A stretch of 62,381 nucleotides of DNA, filler included, from Dugesia japonica (GCA_001938525.1; 5 parts of 5 records of this genome joined end to end with filler, not necessarily neighbours in it), one strand, 5' to 3'. Positions 12,790-26,959 are shown, counted from the first letter of the whole stretch. Notes: a model not told the origin generated them from the letters alone. Numbers and translations: made by a program.

Positions 12790-12962
12790 TATTAGTTAAA
12801 TTCAAATCTTAACTTTCCAAAGTTTTCAATTATTATCACAAGTTTTTTGACTAAAGTAAATAAACATGAAGAATAAACCATTGTATTCAAACAAATTATC
12901 TTAGAAATTTAATTTTAATTTTCATTAAGGTATTTTAAAAATATCGATTTTAATTTTACAAC
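12790..12962. repeat. ~170-bp direct repeat, copy 1 (copy 2 at 14743-14918)
   Basis: ATTAGTTAAATTC...ATTATTATCACAAGT...CATGAAGAATAA...TATTCAAACAAAT shared. Confidence 0.8.
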
Positions 12963-13957
12963 ATAGTTATAAGTTGGTAGATAGTAGCGCATTACCAACT
13001 TTTTAAGTAGTTATCGCGCACCACCTAACACTAAGTGGGGGCACAACAACTGCTTACAACTGTGACCATATTTTTGTGATGGTTTTCTTTTTCTATGATT
13101 TTTGGGATCAAAATTTTTTAAGATCAGATTTTTTTTTGATCCTGGAAGTGTGTGTGTATTTTAAAATTTGTGTGCTTGGGTTACTAAGGGGTTTTTTAAA
13201 AAATAGGTCAAGTTGAGTTTGTGTGTGTGAGAGTGTGTATTTGAAAGAACGAATTTGGACTCGAGAAAGAGCTGGAGATCTTGGAAATAATTTTTCTGAA
13301 GCTTTTAAAATTTAGTTGTGGTTGGACAAAAATTCGATATTTACATTGTCTAAAGGACTTATGAGATTGGATGGATGGTTTTTCCTAGAAGGGTAGTGAC
13401 GCACTGGCACAGTAGTATGAGTTATCGTGGCGTGTTTTTGGGAGGCTGTAGGTTTGTACGGTGTAGTTGGATTTTGTTGATTGATTGGTTGTTGGATAGG
13501 TAATATGATGGAGAAGATATTGTATGTCGAATGTGTTTTGATTTTTTATTTTAAGGGCTTTAATTTAATTGGTTGATATTTGTAAGTAGTATAAGTGTGT
13601 TTAAAAAAGTTTTCGGGAGGGGGAAAGTGGTATGGGTGGAAAGAGAATTAATTATTAGATTTCTTAAGATTTATTTGAATTTTTCGGTTGGGAGTGTGTG
13701 ACGTCATAATGTTTCGAAATCTTTTTTTTGGTTAAAATGCTGTATTTTGCAAATAAAGAAAACAACACATCATGAGTTTTCGAGGGTAAGCTTTATTAAT
13801 AGCTGAGTAGTGAGTAAGATAAATAGCGCAGCGCAGTATAAAGAAATGAGGGGGGCCTCGGTAATATATAACGCGTAATTGCGTAAAATATTTTAAAAAT
13901 AATTAAATAAGTGATAAAATAACAATTTTTTTTAATTTTAATTAACAAATAAATTAA

Positions 13958-14067
13958 GCGGGAAATTCAGATTTCAAAAAAATTTTGGCGGGAAATTAAA
14001 AAAATTTTTAGCGGGAAATTTAAAAACATTTTTTGCGGGAAATTAAAAAAATATTTTTTGGCGGGGC
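13958..14067. promoter_or_regulatory. Tandem array of E2F-like sites (four GCGGGAAA plus one variant), with CRE TGACGTCA at 13699-13706
   Basis: GCGGGAAA at about 23-30 bp spacing; function inferred only. Confidence 0.45.
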
Positions 14068-14742
14068 AATTTTTAATTTAATTAAACTTAATTTAATTTC
14101 TTTTGAAAAGACTTTATATTTCTGTATGAGATGGGGTGAGTCTCTATATTTTTCATGGTATGAGGCGGTCTTGATATTTTACATGGGATGGGGCAGAATT
14201 GATATTTTGCAAGGGATATGGCAGTCTAAAATTCATATTCAAGTGATTTTCAATGTATGTTTGTTGCATCTGAGTTGCATGCCTATTTTATTAATTAAAA
14301 TATCAATAAAAATTCCCAGTAACGTGGTTTTCAGTGAACGTGTGCCGCATTTTTGTTGCATCTGAGTTTCATGACTATTGCATTTATTTAAAAAATTTAA
14401 AATGACGGTTATTTTGAGTTTATAAATACAATTTAAGTCCTCTTAGTTTCATTTATGAGCCATTAAATTTTCTTTCAATCCTTTAATCTTCTTCTTGTAT
14501 ATATTTATATGCTCCCCATTCCTTTGATAATTTAGAGCTTCCTCCTAATCTTTAATCATTTTTGATGGCCTAAAGAAAGCCTCTCTGAATCTTTCTTCAA
14601 ATCCAAATGGCTTTTCTTTATTTCGCATAAATCACAAAATTTTGTCGTTTTCAGAATAGAATTTTCGATATCATCGCAAATTTTGAATATTCCATGGTGC
14701 ACTGCTTCCTTTAGCAAATCCAATGATGCGTTAATCGCCATA

Positions 14743-14918
14743 TTAGTTAAATTCGAAACCTCATAAGTTTCGATAAGTTTTTAATTATTATCACAAGTCT
14801 TTTGATTAAAGTATAAAAAGATGAAGAATAATCCATAGTATTCAAACAAATAATGTGAGAAATTTAACTTTAATTTTAAATTAATGTTTTTAAAATATCG
14901 ATTTTTATACTTAACATA
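14743..14918. repeat. ~170-bp direct repeat, copy 2
   Basis: Homologous to 12790-12962. Confidence 0.8.
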
Positions 14919-17900
14919 TATTTTTAAATATCTTTTAACATAATTTCTTAAAATAATTTTATACTTTTATAATTTTGCCCAATATAATACATATATAAAT
15001 TATTTAAATTAATCTGCATTTTAAAATGTTTTATATTTTAAAAATCTGTTTTTACTTTTTAAAATAATATTTGAATATTTCCAAAAATAAATTTCCCAGA
15101 TATGTATAATCCATGAACCACTCTTAAAGATATAAAAAGTAAGTAATCTTAAAATTATAGTGTTAGGAAATGTAGCTGAAACTCTTTAATCACATACCTT
15201 CCTTTCTATGACAGTAAACCATAGTCCTACAAAACACCATATAAAGTTAAAATTGGTTAAATCAATCAAAAAGTTAAATCCTGAAGAAGACAAGTCGAAA
15301 ATTTAGTCGAAACTAGCAACAACTAAAAATATAAAAAAAACAACATTTTGATCGAAATTTGTAATTTAATGAAACCATAAAGTCATTAAAAAATCCTCTC
15401 TATTTTAACACCGCTCATATACAACGATTTTTATAGATTGCAGTGATATTTTTTTACAAAATTATCGTCTCAATCGAAAATTAAGCCATCTTTTGATTTT
15501 CACCGAGTTCATCTTTTGGTAGTGAGGTACAATAAGCTGAAGACTTATCAAATAAATTAAATCTTATATGTTATAAATAGAAAATATATTTCTTTGCTAT
15601 GTTAGATCATTGAATTTTATTTTTCATACTGTTAAAGTAAAAATTAGCAAATAAAAGAACTAATTTGATGAAAAATCTCGGTGACACCGACCAAGAAATC
15701 CCAAAACACAAAAATGTGTTGGGATTTATATTGATTGAGTAACGGCAACGAGAGGCTAAGACTCGGGTCAAATGAAAATTCGTAATCCAAAGTATGCAAA
15801 ATAGGCATGTCTTTCATGTATTTCAACATAATTTATGCAACATAAAAGTATTTTAACGTTTTTCATAATTTCTTTAATATAAATTTTATATATTTACAAT
15901 TTTTAAGTAGATAATTTATTCATTTTTTAAATCTAAGTTTCAAAATTATATGGCGAATATCTCGAATATCGCGAATACTTATATGTCAAACATGATAGCC
16001 ATATCCGTCATTTTATTACCATTCTAATGATATCAAGTTTGATAGAAAAAATGTTATTAAAAATTCATTAAAATATTTAAGAGTTCTTTGTTTTACGATT
16101 TTCTCCAATTTTTCGTTACCAATCAGTTTCAAGTCCATATGATAAAAATTGGATGCTGGACAAGGTTTTTATAATTAAATATTTTATATTTTGATAATTC
16201 ATTACCAATATGTCATATTAAAATTCTGAGATGGCAGTAATATTTATCAACCTTTTGCAAGTCAAACGATACTACGTTTGTCATCATAGCATGTATTTAC
16301 TCGTTTTAATTGTTGTTTTAATATTGATGAATATCAACGTGTGGCATGCTGACATGTCCGCCTACTCTCCTGTTCTTCATTTTTCGTCATGAATGAAGCA
16401 TTTTTTGCCATAAATCCTAAGGACAATAATAAATGGTTTTCGATTCTTGTCTCGATGATGGAGGTTTTAAGTAAAACCCTTGGAACGGTCCAGCGTAGAT
16501 CTAAATATTTTGTTTTATCGATAACTACGTTAGGAAAACACATGTATTTCAAATATTTTAAGTGATATGTATTTTTTTAAAATAAAAGCTTCCATCGAAA
16601 TTTTTGTTTTTTTATTGATATTTGATAACAATTCGATATTTCGATCTTGTCTTCGTCAGGAATTGACTTTTTTAATTTATTCAAGATTTATGTTTATAAT
16701 AGTAAATAATTTTTGAAATAATTTATTTTTATTAAATTTTAATTGGTTAATTTTAATGTATTTTACTTTTAATTCTCTATTAAATGATATGAAAAACGTG
16801 ATGACTGTAATGTAAACTTTAACTTTTAAATTTTCTATCTAAATCTGAAGAAAAACAAACCTTTATAACACTTCATCAACAGGAGAGGAGTACTTATGTG
16901 ACGCAAATATTTTTCGATGAATCAATAAATAGGCAGTTTGTGATGCTGATTCCAATTCTGCTGTTTTTGTATAAATTATTATTTCATTATAATTATAAAT
17001 ATTATCATTATAGTGACTCAATGCACCACACCCTTTCCAGCGAGAATGAAGTATTTTACAGCGAAGGTAATATATATATATATATATATATATTAGGCAT
17101 TATATAGACAATTTTTAATTTCCGTATAAACGATACTAAGATGGAGTTGATTCAATCAAGACGAGTTTTTAATCTTAAATCATTAATAACTTTTTACCGC
17201 CACGCTTGATTGATCCAGGAACTCCCCCACAAGATCTGTCACGTTTTTACGCATCCAACAATACCGTATGGGTGAGGAAAGTCAATACGTAAAATTAGTN
17301 NNNNNNNNNNNNNNNNNNNNNNNNNNNNNNNNNNNNNNNNNNNNNNNNNTATATATATATATATTAGGCATTATATAGACAATTTTTAATTTCCGTATAA
17401 ACGATACTAAGATCGAGTTGATTCAATCGGGACGAGTTTTTAATCTTAAATCATTAATAACTTTTTACCGCCACGCTTGATTGATCCAGGAACTCTCCCA
17501 CAAGATCTGTCACGTTTTTACGCATCCAACAATACCGTATGGGTGAGGAAAGTCAATACGTAAAATTAGTCAAATTACAATCAAGTATACTGAACCAGAT
17601 CACAGATCAAACCACCAAATTTCTAAACCACTTTGTCGGCGGGGTGGGGGCAATAGTTTACTACCCCACTATTTAACTATTTACTATCAGGCCATAAGAA
17701 GATCCTACATAACAAAATTAATTGCTCGGATAGGTCCCCAACAGTATATTTATTAGATTATTAATTTTCATTAATTAATTTAAATCACATTATAATTATT
17801 TTTGCCTGAAAGAATCTTTNNNNNNNNNNNNNNNAATATTTCAATTAAAAATAATCAATATAAATAATCAATATCAACGAAATCTCACCGGAATTTGAAT

Positions 17901-18029
17901 ATTAATTTGATCAGATGTTGAAGATATTTGTCTCACCAAATCTTGCAAAATATTCTTAATTCTAACATTTTCTTCATTTTGATTTTCTAGTATTCCCCGA
18001 AGATTTGCAATTTCTTTATTTTGCATTTC

Positions 18030-18129
18030 NNNNNNNNNNNNNNNNNNNNNNNNNNNNNNNNNNNNNNNNNNNNTTAATTAATTAANNNNNNNNNNNNNNN
18101 NNNNNNNNNNNNNNNNNNNNNNNNNNNNN
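18030..18129. other. Artificial scaffold linker N44-TTAATTAATTAA-N44
   Basis: Identical 100-nt six-frame-stop spacer occurs four times. Confidence 0.95.
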
Positions 18130-19366
18130 CGATTCAAGACTTAAAACAGAAATCTTCGCTAATTATAAAACACCGCGACAATGTTATGTTTGATGTCTCC
18201 AATAGCCTAGAAAGAATAATATTGCCAAGTTGCTTCAGATTTGTAGAATTCCAGAGATTACACAACTTCTCACACCCCGGGGATAATAACTCTATAAAGA
18301 TGGTCAAACAACGATATGTGTGGCCCAACATAAAATCAGGCATAAGGAGATGAACAAGAGAATGTCTTAAATCCCAAAAAGCAAAATATCTAGACACACA
18401 AAATCAACCTTAGGATCACTACCAAATTTGGGAAGATTTAAAGTCCTACACGTTGACATTGTGGGTCCTTTGCCAAACGTAATGGCTAAAAAATATTTAT
18501 TTACTATACTCGACAGGCACACATCGTAGACGGAAGCAGTACCGTTGNNNNNNNNNNNNNNNNNNNNNNNNNNNNNNNNNNNNNNNNNNNNNNNNNNNNN
18601 NNNNNNNNNNNNNNNNNAAATACTGATCACAGATCAAGGGAAGCAATTTACATCATCATCATTTCAAGAAATGTGTAATAAAAATGGTATTAATCACAGG
18701 ACTACAACAGCATATCATTCATAATGTAATGGAAAAGTTGAGCGATTTCACAGATCCTAGAAAAACGCACTCAGAGCGCACTGCATTAATGCCGAGAAAA
18801 CGTGGTGCAAAGACCTTCCGAAGGTAATGCTGGGATAACGTAATTCAACATTTTTAGATAATGATGTTTCACCAGCTCACATGGTGTTTGGTTCAAAGAT
18901 CCAATTCCAGGAGACCTGAAAATCAGCATTCATTTTGACGAACTATCACCAGAAGAAGTAGAAAAAGAAATAGTAATGAACGATAATCAACATCGACCAA
19001 GGAGACCGAAATACAAGACTTTCTTTCCTATTGAATTATACGACTGCAANNNNNNNNNNTTAAGAAATGAAAACCCGAGAAGTTTACAGTACCCATATGA
19101 TGGTCCATTCGAAGCGATGGACCAAAGTGCAGATATGAAAATCTTCAAAATCAAGATCAATGGCGAAGATAAAAATGTTTCTGTAGATCTCTTGAAGCCA
19201 ACAATCAATCATATTGAAATTACTCCATAATTATGGTGGGGGGCAGTGTTGCGTGACAAAATATCTTTTGTTTGAATAAACTAATTGTAATAGAAAATAA
19301 ACATTTGAAATTCAAATCTTGCTGTTTATCGTTTTGTCAAAATGCAGAATAATTTGGAACACAACA
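18130..19366 (+). mobile_element. Gypsy 3' remnant: integrase pseudogene, PPT and short 3' LTR (19247-19366)
   Basis: SHPG, YVWPNI, LHVDIVGPLP, ITDQGKQF, NGKVERFHR, PYDGPF; PPT GGTGGGGGGCAG then TGTTGCGT...ACACAACA. Confidence 0.85.
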
Positions 19367-20249
19367 ATAAGTATTAATGAGTAAACTCTGGTGAGTCACT
19401 GTTTGTTATTAGAAAGCAATAATAAGATTAACTTGAATTGATGACAATCCCCATTACCACCATTTACCAAGTTTTAATGATTGTACGGTTGATAAAATCC
19501 TAATGATAATCTCTAATTGATTCCAATGATTCTAAGAGTACTAGTGGCCGAGTTAAAGATGTGGGTAGTCGATGATTAATCATAGTAATACGGATAAGGA
19601 ATTATAACACTGAGGGTTCCAAATTATAAACCCAGAACCTTAGGATAAAGACGAGTTGGCGCCGCCCAAACCGCATGACCCCACAATAACCCTAATTACG
19701 TATTAACAAAAATAGATCTAAATTCAATTAGGAACCTCTTAATAACATGTTAAAATATCAATTATCAAACGATCATAGAAATAAAGATACGAATGATCAG
19801 TTATAGACACAGAATGTAAAACCCTGTCACCATCAACATTACCGAATAAACACATAAACTTAACGAGTATCATGAAGTACGAACCCGAACCAAAGGAATG
19901 CGAGCATGCACTCGAACTAGGAATTACGAGTCACGGGCTCCATTCCATTTTAGACATCAGATTAAATTCTTCATGGGTTTTACTAGGCCAGATCACCCTA
20001 GAAATAACTTAAATCTTAATAACTTAATACTTTTCAATGAAATGTATAAATTTTGAAAGTAATTAACTTGGTGTCTATTGAGTCTTAAAGAAATATTAGC
20101 ATAATATACATTATATAGACAGTATTTTTATTCCAACAGACCCATATCATTAAGCCCACAAAAAACGTAAAAATCAATAACTGCACAGCACGATCGAGTG
20201 CACTTTCACATTTACACACACATAAAAAAACACCATCTTTACCTAAACA

Positions 20250-20483
20250 ACTTTAATTTACACACAGCAACTTTCCAAACACACAAACTTTAAAAATCAA
20301 AATCCCTCCCAACCCCGCACCCAGGATCAAATTTTCATGATCCAATCAAAACCTTTATGATCCCAAAAATGTTTTTAAAAAAATCCATGACAAAACATAC
20401 CAAAACTGACACAATTATATGTTTTTTGCGAGGGGTGGGAGAAAGAAAATAAAAATGTGCCAGTGCAGCACTATCTATCTACT
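20250..20483 (-). repeat. Possible Polinton-type terminal fragment ending CTATCTATCTACT, related to 12976-13150
   Basis: Reverse complement starts AGTAGATAG; shares TTTTTGGGATCA and TTTGATCCTGG blocks with the 13.1-kb region. Confidence 0.4.
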
Positions 20484-22149
20484 GAGGTCCACAATATTGT
20501 CAGCAATCAAAGCTATCTCATCAGTATACATAAGTGTTTGAATTTCAGTTGTTTCAATCATATACAAAAAAATATTTGATGATAAAATTGCTTGAAGTAC
20601 AGATCAATTTTAAAAACTAAGAGAACCACTGAAATAGGGCATCCTTGTTTCACTCCTTATTTAATTGGGATACCTGAAGTCAAGAATGATTGAGTACCTA
20701 AATAGAGAAGTCTTATTATATTGACAAAATCTTTATGAATTCCGAATGATGTAACATCAATTGTCGATGGTTTATTTTATTACATAATATGTAAAATGCC
20801 ATGAAATTGATTACAAGATAAGCCATGTTACATCCACTGTCATATAAGTATTAGTTTCGTAATATTTTATTTCTCAATTTATCCACTTTAATTTATTTCC
20901 ATAATTTAATACCTTATTTATATGGAACTATACGTATTTATCACGCCGCGATAATCAAAGCCACCCTACTGAGATCGTCTCAAGGAGAACTTTCCAATTT
21001 GTAATGTTTTTCTGAATGTCCTCCTTCAGTGGTGTTTAAATTTTAATTTATACGCTTTTATATGTATTTTTTCAATTATTTCATGATTTCTATCCATTCC
21101 ATATAAATGATGTAATGTATTCGGCTCCAAAGGTATACTGGGATAAAATTAAACAATATACNNNNNNNNNNNNNNNNNNNNNNNNNNNNNNNNNNNNNNN
21201 NNNNNNNNNNNNNNNNNNNNNNNNNNNNNNNNNNNNNNNNNNNNNNNNNNNNNNNNNNNNAGTTAATTAATAAAATAGATTCATTATCAGGGTGACCGTA
21301 AAATTGAACTAAAAATACCATTTTAGACTTAATTATCACAATATTTTGACTTTCATTTGATTTTATTATTATTAAAAACTAGATCAGAATGAAATTAATG
21401 ACGTATGGATTCAAATTAATTGTATTCCTAGTCAGTGCTAACATATAAACAGCAAACTAAATATTAACAAGTGAAGTCATTCTGGATTACACCAAGATCT
21501 CATATAAAACGGTAATATCGTTCCATAAAACGTCGTATAATAAAAATCTCTATTATACGAGGTTTGAAGTTCATACAAAATTGGGGTTACAATTAAAAAT
21601 CGAAATTAGTTAATATCCTTTATTTTTTAATAAAAAACATATACAATTACGTATTTATTGAAAAAAACTTTAATAACATATAATAGAACATTCATTCATC
21701 ATCGATATCACTTAAAATTCTATATGTAAATGAGATCAGTAAAAACAAATTTTAATCGAAGCTTTTATTTTAACTGAATTCAAAAAATATTTTTACTTTA
21801 CATATATCTTTAATTGTTTTTAAACCTAGCTTCATAAAATAATTTTAATACTTTTATAATTTTGACTAATATTATATATAGAAATTATTTTAATAATTTG
21901 TATTTAAAAAATGTTTTATACTTGAAAAATTTGTTTTTTTAATTTTTTTAGAATAATATTTGAATGTTTCAACAAAACAAATTTTAATATAATATAACAT
22001 TTATAAAATTAAACAATTTCCCAGATATTAAATAATCTATGAATCACTTTTACATATTTCATCAATAAATTTATGGATATTAAAATTCTTTTAAACTTTA
22101 ATAGTCACATTAATAAAATAACAATTCATGAAAGCACTGTATAATAATA

Positions 22150-22660
22150 ATGTTCATCAAAATATTTATGATCACTGAAGAATATTCACAAATTATGGAT
22201 AGCTATCTTCCATTGTTTCAATTTCGAATATTGTATGCCATTATTCGTATGTTAAAATCATATCAGAAAATAGAAAGAATCATCGGACTAAGTATTTAAA
22301 TTATAGATTTAAAACGTAATTACAAAAACTAAAAATCTAAAATAAAGGAAAACTTACGAAAGTTGTACAATTGATGTCAGTTGAAAGAACACAGACTGAT
22401 TATTATTTCAGTGTTATAAACAGTCTGCTATTCAAAGAACTTTGAAACTAATAATAAATGTAATTGACAAATTAAATTAAAAAATAAATACTTACACTTA
22501 CTTTCCAATACTCAACAATACTTTAAACAATATTTATAGAATTTAATAGTTTCATTTTGAGTAAATATAATTTCAAAAAATTATTTTCCTTTTCAAATAT
22601 TAAAAACAATAATTTCTTTCTGCAAATACAAAAAGTTAATCTGAAATGTAAACAAAAACA
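22150..22660 (-). other. Possible host gene exons separated by ~50-nt GTAAGT...AG introns
   Basis: Minus-strand donors near 22357 and 22495; product not recognised. Confidence 0.25.
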
Positions 22661-24149
22661 ATAATTAGAAATTAAATAATAAATCTTTAATTAGAGAGAC
22701 GAAAATCTTGGATTTTCTTCAGTTATTTTTACGAAAACAACAAAAATAAAAAAATATTCTTTCCAATTTTTACAAACAAATATTTGAAAAATACAACAAA
22801 GAAATTTTTAAAAATGTTCTATTGATAAAATTTTATTCTTATTCGGTATTTATATTTGTGCAAAGAAGTAAATAAATTACTGAAAACTTTAATAAATGAT
22901 TGATTGATAAAGATATTTTTACAATTTTTAAAACAAAGCACTATATTCCATTCATCGATTAAAGAAAATCCAGATTCAGAATTATCTGAATTAATTATTG
23001 TCTTAATCACTTAATTATTTTGACTTTAGTATTCAAGAAATTGGATTCCATATTCAAAATTTTCAGATTTTTATTTTCTACTACTGATTTTCTGCTTCTG
23101 ATTTATTATCTACTGCATTTTGGCAGATTTTTTAAGATCACTATTAAGTTTTGTTCCTGCACATTAGTAGAATAGTTACGAGTTTATCGAACGAATTAAA
23201 ATTTATGACTGGAAGAACGTTGATGAATTTGGTTCATTGGATGTAAAAAATCTAAATGGACCATTTCCCATTGAAGGACCTAAAAATCATTGATATTTTA
23301 AGTGATTTCTTTGAATGTTGCAAAGAACTTACAGATATTCCAGAAATCATCCAAAATGATTACAAATTTCTTATCAATTTGTGTCTTTTCTCTGATAGCA
23401 TTTTTATCGGTGAACAAAAATGTGGTAAGGCAATGAGTAAGAATTTGTCTGTTATTTTTATGAACTTCATTGAAAGTAAAATAATTCTCAAAGATAAAAA
23501 AATACGACTATATTTTCTTTGTTACTTATTCTCCTTTAGAGAATATTTTAGAATTAGCTAATAGTATATTAAATATAACGCCAAGTTCACTTTAGAGAAT
23601 TCAATTGAATTTCAGATTCCTTTTCTGGACACCTTTATCCGAAACCTGGTGAAATATTAACTACCCAATTATATATGAAACCATTTCATAGTTTACACAT
23701 ATTACGTAGAGAAGTAATACTTTGTATTATTTAATTATTATCAAGCAATTATACTGAATATAAGATGGCTAAAATTATAATTCTTAATTTTTTTATTTTT
23801 AAACATTTTTTCAAATANNNNNNNNNNNNNNNNNNNNNNNNNNNNNNNNNNNNNNNNNNNNNNNNNNAAAAAATTGTTTTATATAATAATATTTTTAAAA
23901 ACCTATTAAAATTGAAATAAAAAAAGTTTTTCAAATATTTTAAAATTTTTAAAATTTAAAATATATTAAAAATTTTTAAGAAAACCTATAAAATAATAAA
24001 ATAATCAAATTATTTGGAAAATTATGAAAATATAAAATTAAAAAAACTTATAAAACTAAATAATTTAATAAATAACATAAAAATTTATAAAAATTCAAAA
24101 ATTTAAAATTTTTTTAATCAATTTAGTCGTAAAGGCTGTCTGTAAATCA

Positions 24150-24619
24150 ATGCTTGGATTTTGAAATTTGATCATTAATGTTTGATACAGCACTCTCTGC
24201 AAATAATTTTTAAATTGTTTAGACAAAATTTAAAATTTGAAATTTTAACATTTGCATTACAATCACTTTTATTTTTATTTTTATACTCAGCAATATTACT
24301 ACAACCAACATAACTATTATGCTTTCAAACCCTTGTACAAGAGATGACGAGCAGTCTATACAATATTAGTGGCATCACACCAATTACATTTAAATTGATA
24401 AACAAGGTTAGAATACAAACTAATTGGTGTATGGGATTTATTAACAAAGCTATTAACAATCTTATGTGAAGTAGAAACAATTTTCAATAAAGGAAGATCT
24501 TTAGCAGCTTTCAGAATCAAATTCTTAAACTTTTTAAAACCTTCAGAAAAATGAATCGATAAAACAAATGGCCCAATACAGTTTGACAAAGTGTTATCAG
24601 GTTCAGTATTATTCAACAC
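24150..24619 (-). mobile_element. Penelope-like retroelement GIY-YIG endonuclease remnant
   Basis: NLVYQFKCNWCDAT..TARHL; RT-like FTLE..IPFLD fragment nearby on + at about 23585-23640. Confidence 0.65.
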
Positions 24620-24759
24620 AATTTCAATATTTTTATCGAAATCAATATTATTAGCATTTAATCAATATTATCAATTGACAGCAAAATCAACGAATTTAAA
24701 AATTTTCAATAAATTTAATTTATATGTTTATTTTAATTACTATGATTATTATAAACCAC

Positions 24760-25380
24760 ATTGATTTTGTTTTATCCACTTTGATCAATATTTCTTCATT
24801 TATCTACCTATGAAGTGTGGAGATTTAGCGTGTTCATAATGTTTTCCATGTTAAATGATGCTTTTTCTTGTGCAATATTATGCTTGTGTTTAAAGTGTTT
24901 TAAGACTTCACTTTCTTTCTGTTTGAGATGTTAATTAATTCTTGGTGCTGTATGTTTCTCCTATATATGTATCCTTACATAAGGTGAATTTTATTTTGTA
25001 AGTGAGATTTTTCTTATTGCATATTTCTTTACCATCACAAATGCATTTGGGACTACAATTGGTTTCTGTAATTGGATACCCAAAGATGATTGCGTTTTGA
25101 ATATAACTCTTGGAATGTGTTTGAGTTTTGAATTTGTTTTATTATAAATTGCATGATTTGGCTACATTTCTCATTAATAAAAGGTAATTTAATTATTGTG
25201 TTTCTCTTTTGTATGATTTTATTAAATTTTGTATTCGAGGATAAATACTTAGAAACAAGTTTATTTGGATAGGCATAATTTAGGAATTTACTTTGAATCC
25301 AACTGAGGGAAATCAATTTCATTTCTTCATCTGAAGATAGTCTTTTTGCTCCACTTCTTTCACCCTTGATTATTCCAATT
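24760..25380 (-). mobile_element. Second Penelope-like GIY-YIG remnant
   Basis: IIKLPFINEK..., CICDGKEICNKKNLTYKIKFTLCKDTYIGET. Confidence 0.7.
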
Positions 25381-26614
25381 TTCTAAATAAACTCATATTA
25401 ATTTTATTATTAAATATACATACGTGGAAGATCATTTTATGAAAAACAAAACTGTCGGCACTGTTTAACTGAAAATGAATCTTTATCACATGTTTTTCAA
25501 AAATGCAAAATGAATCAGGTAATAGCAACTGACTGACATAAAGCTTACCTTGATATTACTGTCAGCAAACCTAAAACCTCAAATGCTATTCTTGAGGTCA
25601 ATAGAATAAATAAATATATTTCGGATTCTAGGGAAAGAGTGGATATTACAATAACTAATGTTGAAAAAAGATGATATATTTAATTGATGTCAAATGCCTA
25701 ATAGACTCTGAAAAGAATTTTGAAGACTGTAACAAAAGAAATTTAGAAAAATATGATCTACTAAAAATAAAGTGAAAATAGCGAAACTTGACTTTAAAGT
25801 AGAATTACATACTTGCATAATTGGATCACTTGGCTAAATTCCAACCACAACCATTCAAATTCTGGAAAAGATTATCGAAAACAAAAACATANNNNNNNNN
25901 NNNNNNNNNNNNNNNNNNNNNNNNNNNNNNNNNNNNNNNNNAGAAATATGGAAGTTCCACAAAACTGGTATTAGAAACAACAAAATAAATTCCAATATTG
26001 AAGATTAGTACATAAAGAATTGAAGAAACGTGTGTAAGTTCCATGCAGAACCAAAGACAAGACTGTTGGTATATTCAAACTTGTTATATTCAATAAATTT
26101 TATATATAGTATCTCTATACCTAATAATATTTCTATACCTAATAGTATCTCTGTGATGAAAAGTTAAAACATATATTGAGTCTAAATTAAACTTAAATTT
26201 ATATTAAATTTTATTAAAAGGTGAATATAAATTTAATCTATTAGCATTAATTAATGTGCTAAAATAATAATAGAATGAGTGAAAATGTATGACTTATCAA
26301 AATTGTTGGTTTGATAAGGTTACAATTTACTGCTGTTAATTACTGTGATTCAAAGTGATTGTTATTTTTATTGCCGGGTAATATTTTCTATTGATTACTA
26401 GACTGTTATTTTAGAAACGACAATTATTTATTTATTTTGGAATTTTCAATTAGTGTGAATTTTGTTAATTTAGTAATAACTTGTCTTCAGTTAATATTAT
26501 TGTTTAATAATATTTGATTGATTGTGTTTGATTGGTAATAATATATGTTGGGGTGAAACACCAGATCAAGACAAATATAATGGCGTAGGTAGACACGAAA
26601 TTTGAAAGATCTAC

Positions 26615-26714
26615 NNNNNNNNNNNNNNNNNNNNNNNNNNNNNNNNNNNNNNNNNNNNTTAATTAATTAANNNNNNNNNNNNNNNNNNNNNNNNNNNNNN
26701 NNNNNNNNNNNNNN
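26615..26714. other. Artificial scaffold linker
   Basis: N44-TTAATTAATTAA-N44. Confidence 0.95.
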
Positions 26715-26716
26715 AA

Positions 26717-26872
26717 ATAATCGAAAGACCATCTGTAACAATTTATTCTAAAATTAATACAAAGTACATTGATAGTTTAAAATTTAACATTGTATTTGAA
26801 AATTTTAACACAATAGATTTTAACCAAGAAATGATTTCTATTTTAGTTCATTTAAGAAAGTATCGTTTGTGA
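26717..26872 (+). CDS. Minor capsid (penton) 3' end, element C
   Basis: IIERPSVTIYSKINT...FENFNTIDFNQEMISILVHLRK aligns with the C-terminus of 51656-52381. Confidence 0.8.
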   Translation: MIERPSVTIYSKINTKYIDSLKFNIVFENFNTIDFNQEMISILVHLRKYRL

Positions 26873-26955
26873 TATTTTACATTTTACACAAAACATTTTA
26901 CATTTTACACAAAACATTTTACATTTTACATTTTACACAAAACATTTTACATTTA
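26873..26955. repeat. Intergenic tandem repeat of TTTTACA/CAAAACA units
   Basis: Direct reading. Confidence 0.8.
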
Positions 26956-26959
26956 AGAA

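Noticed and set aside
23256-23561. Host gene (101-aa ORF)
   Set aside because: No recognisable motif or reliable exon structure
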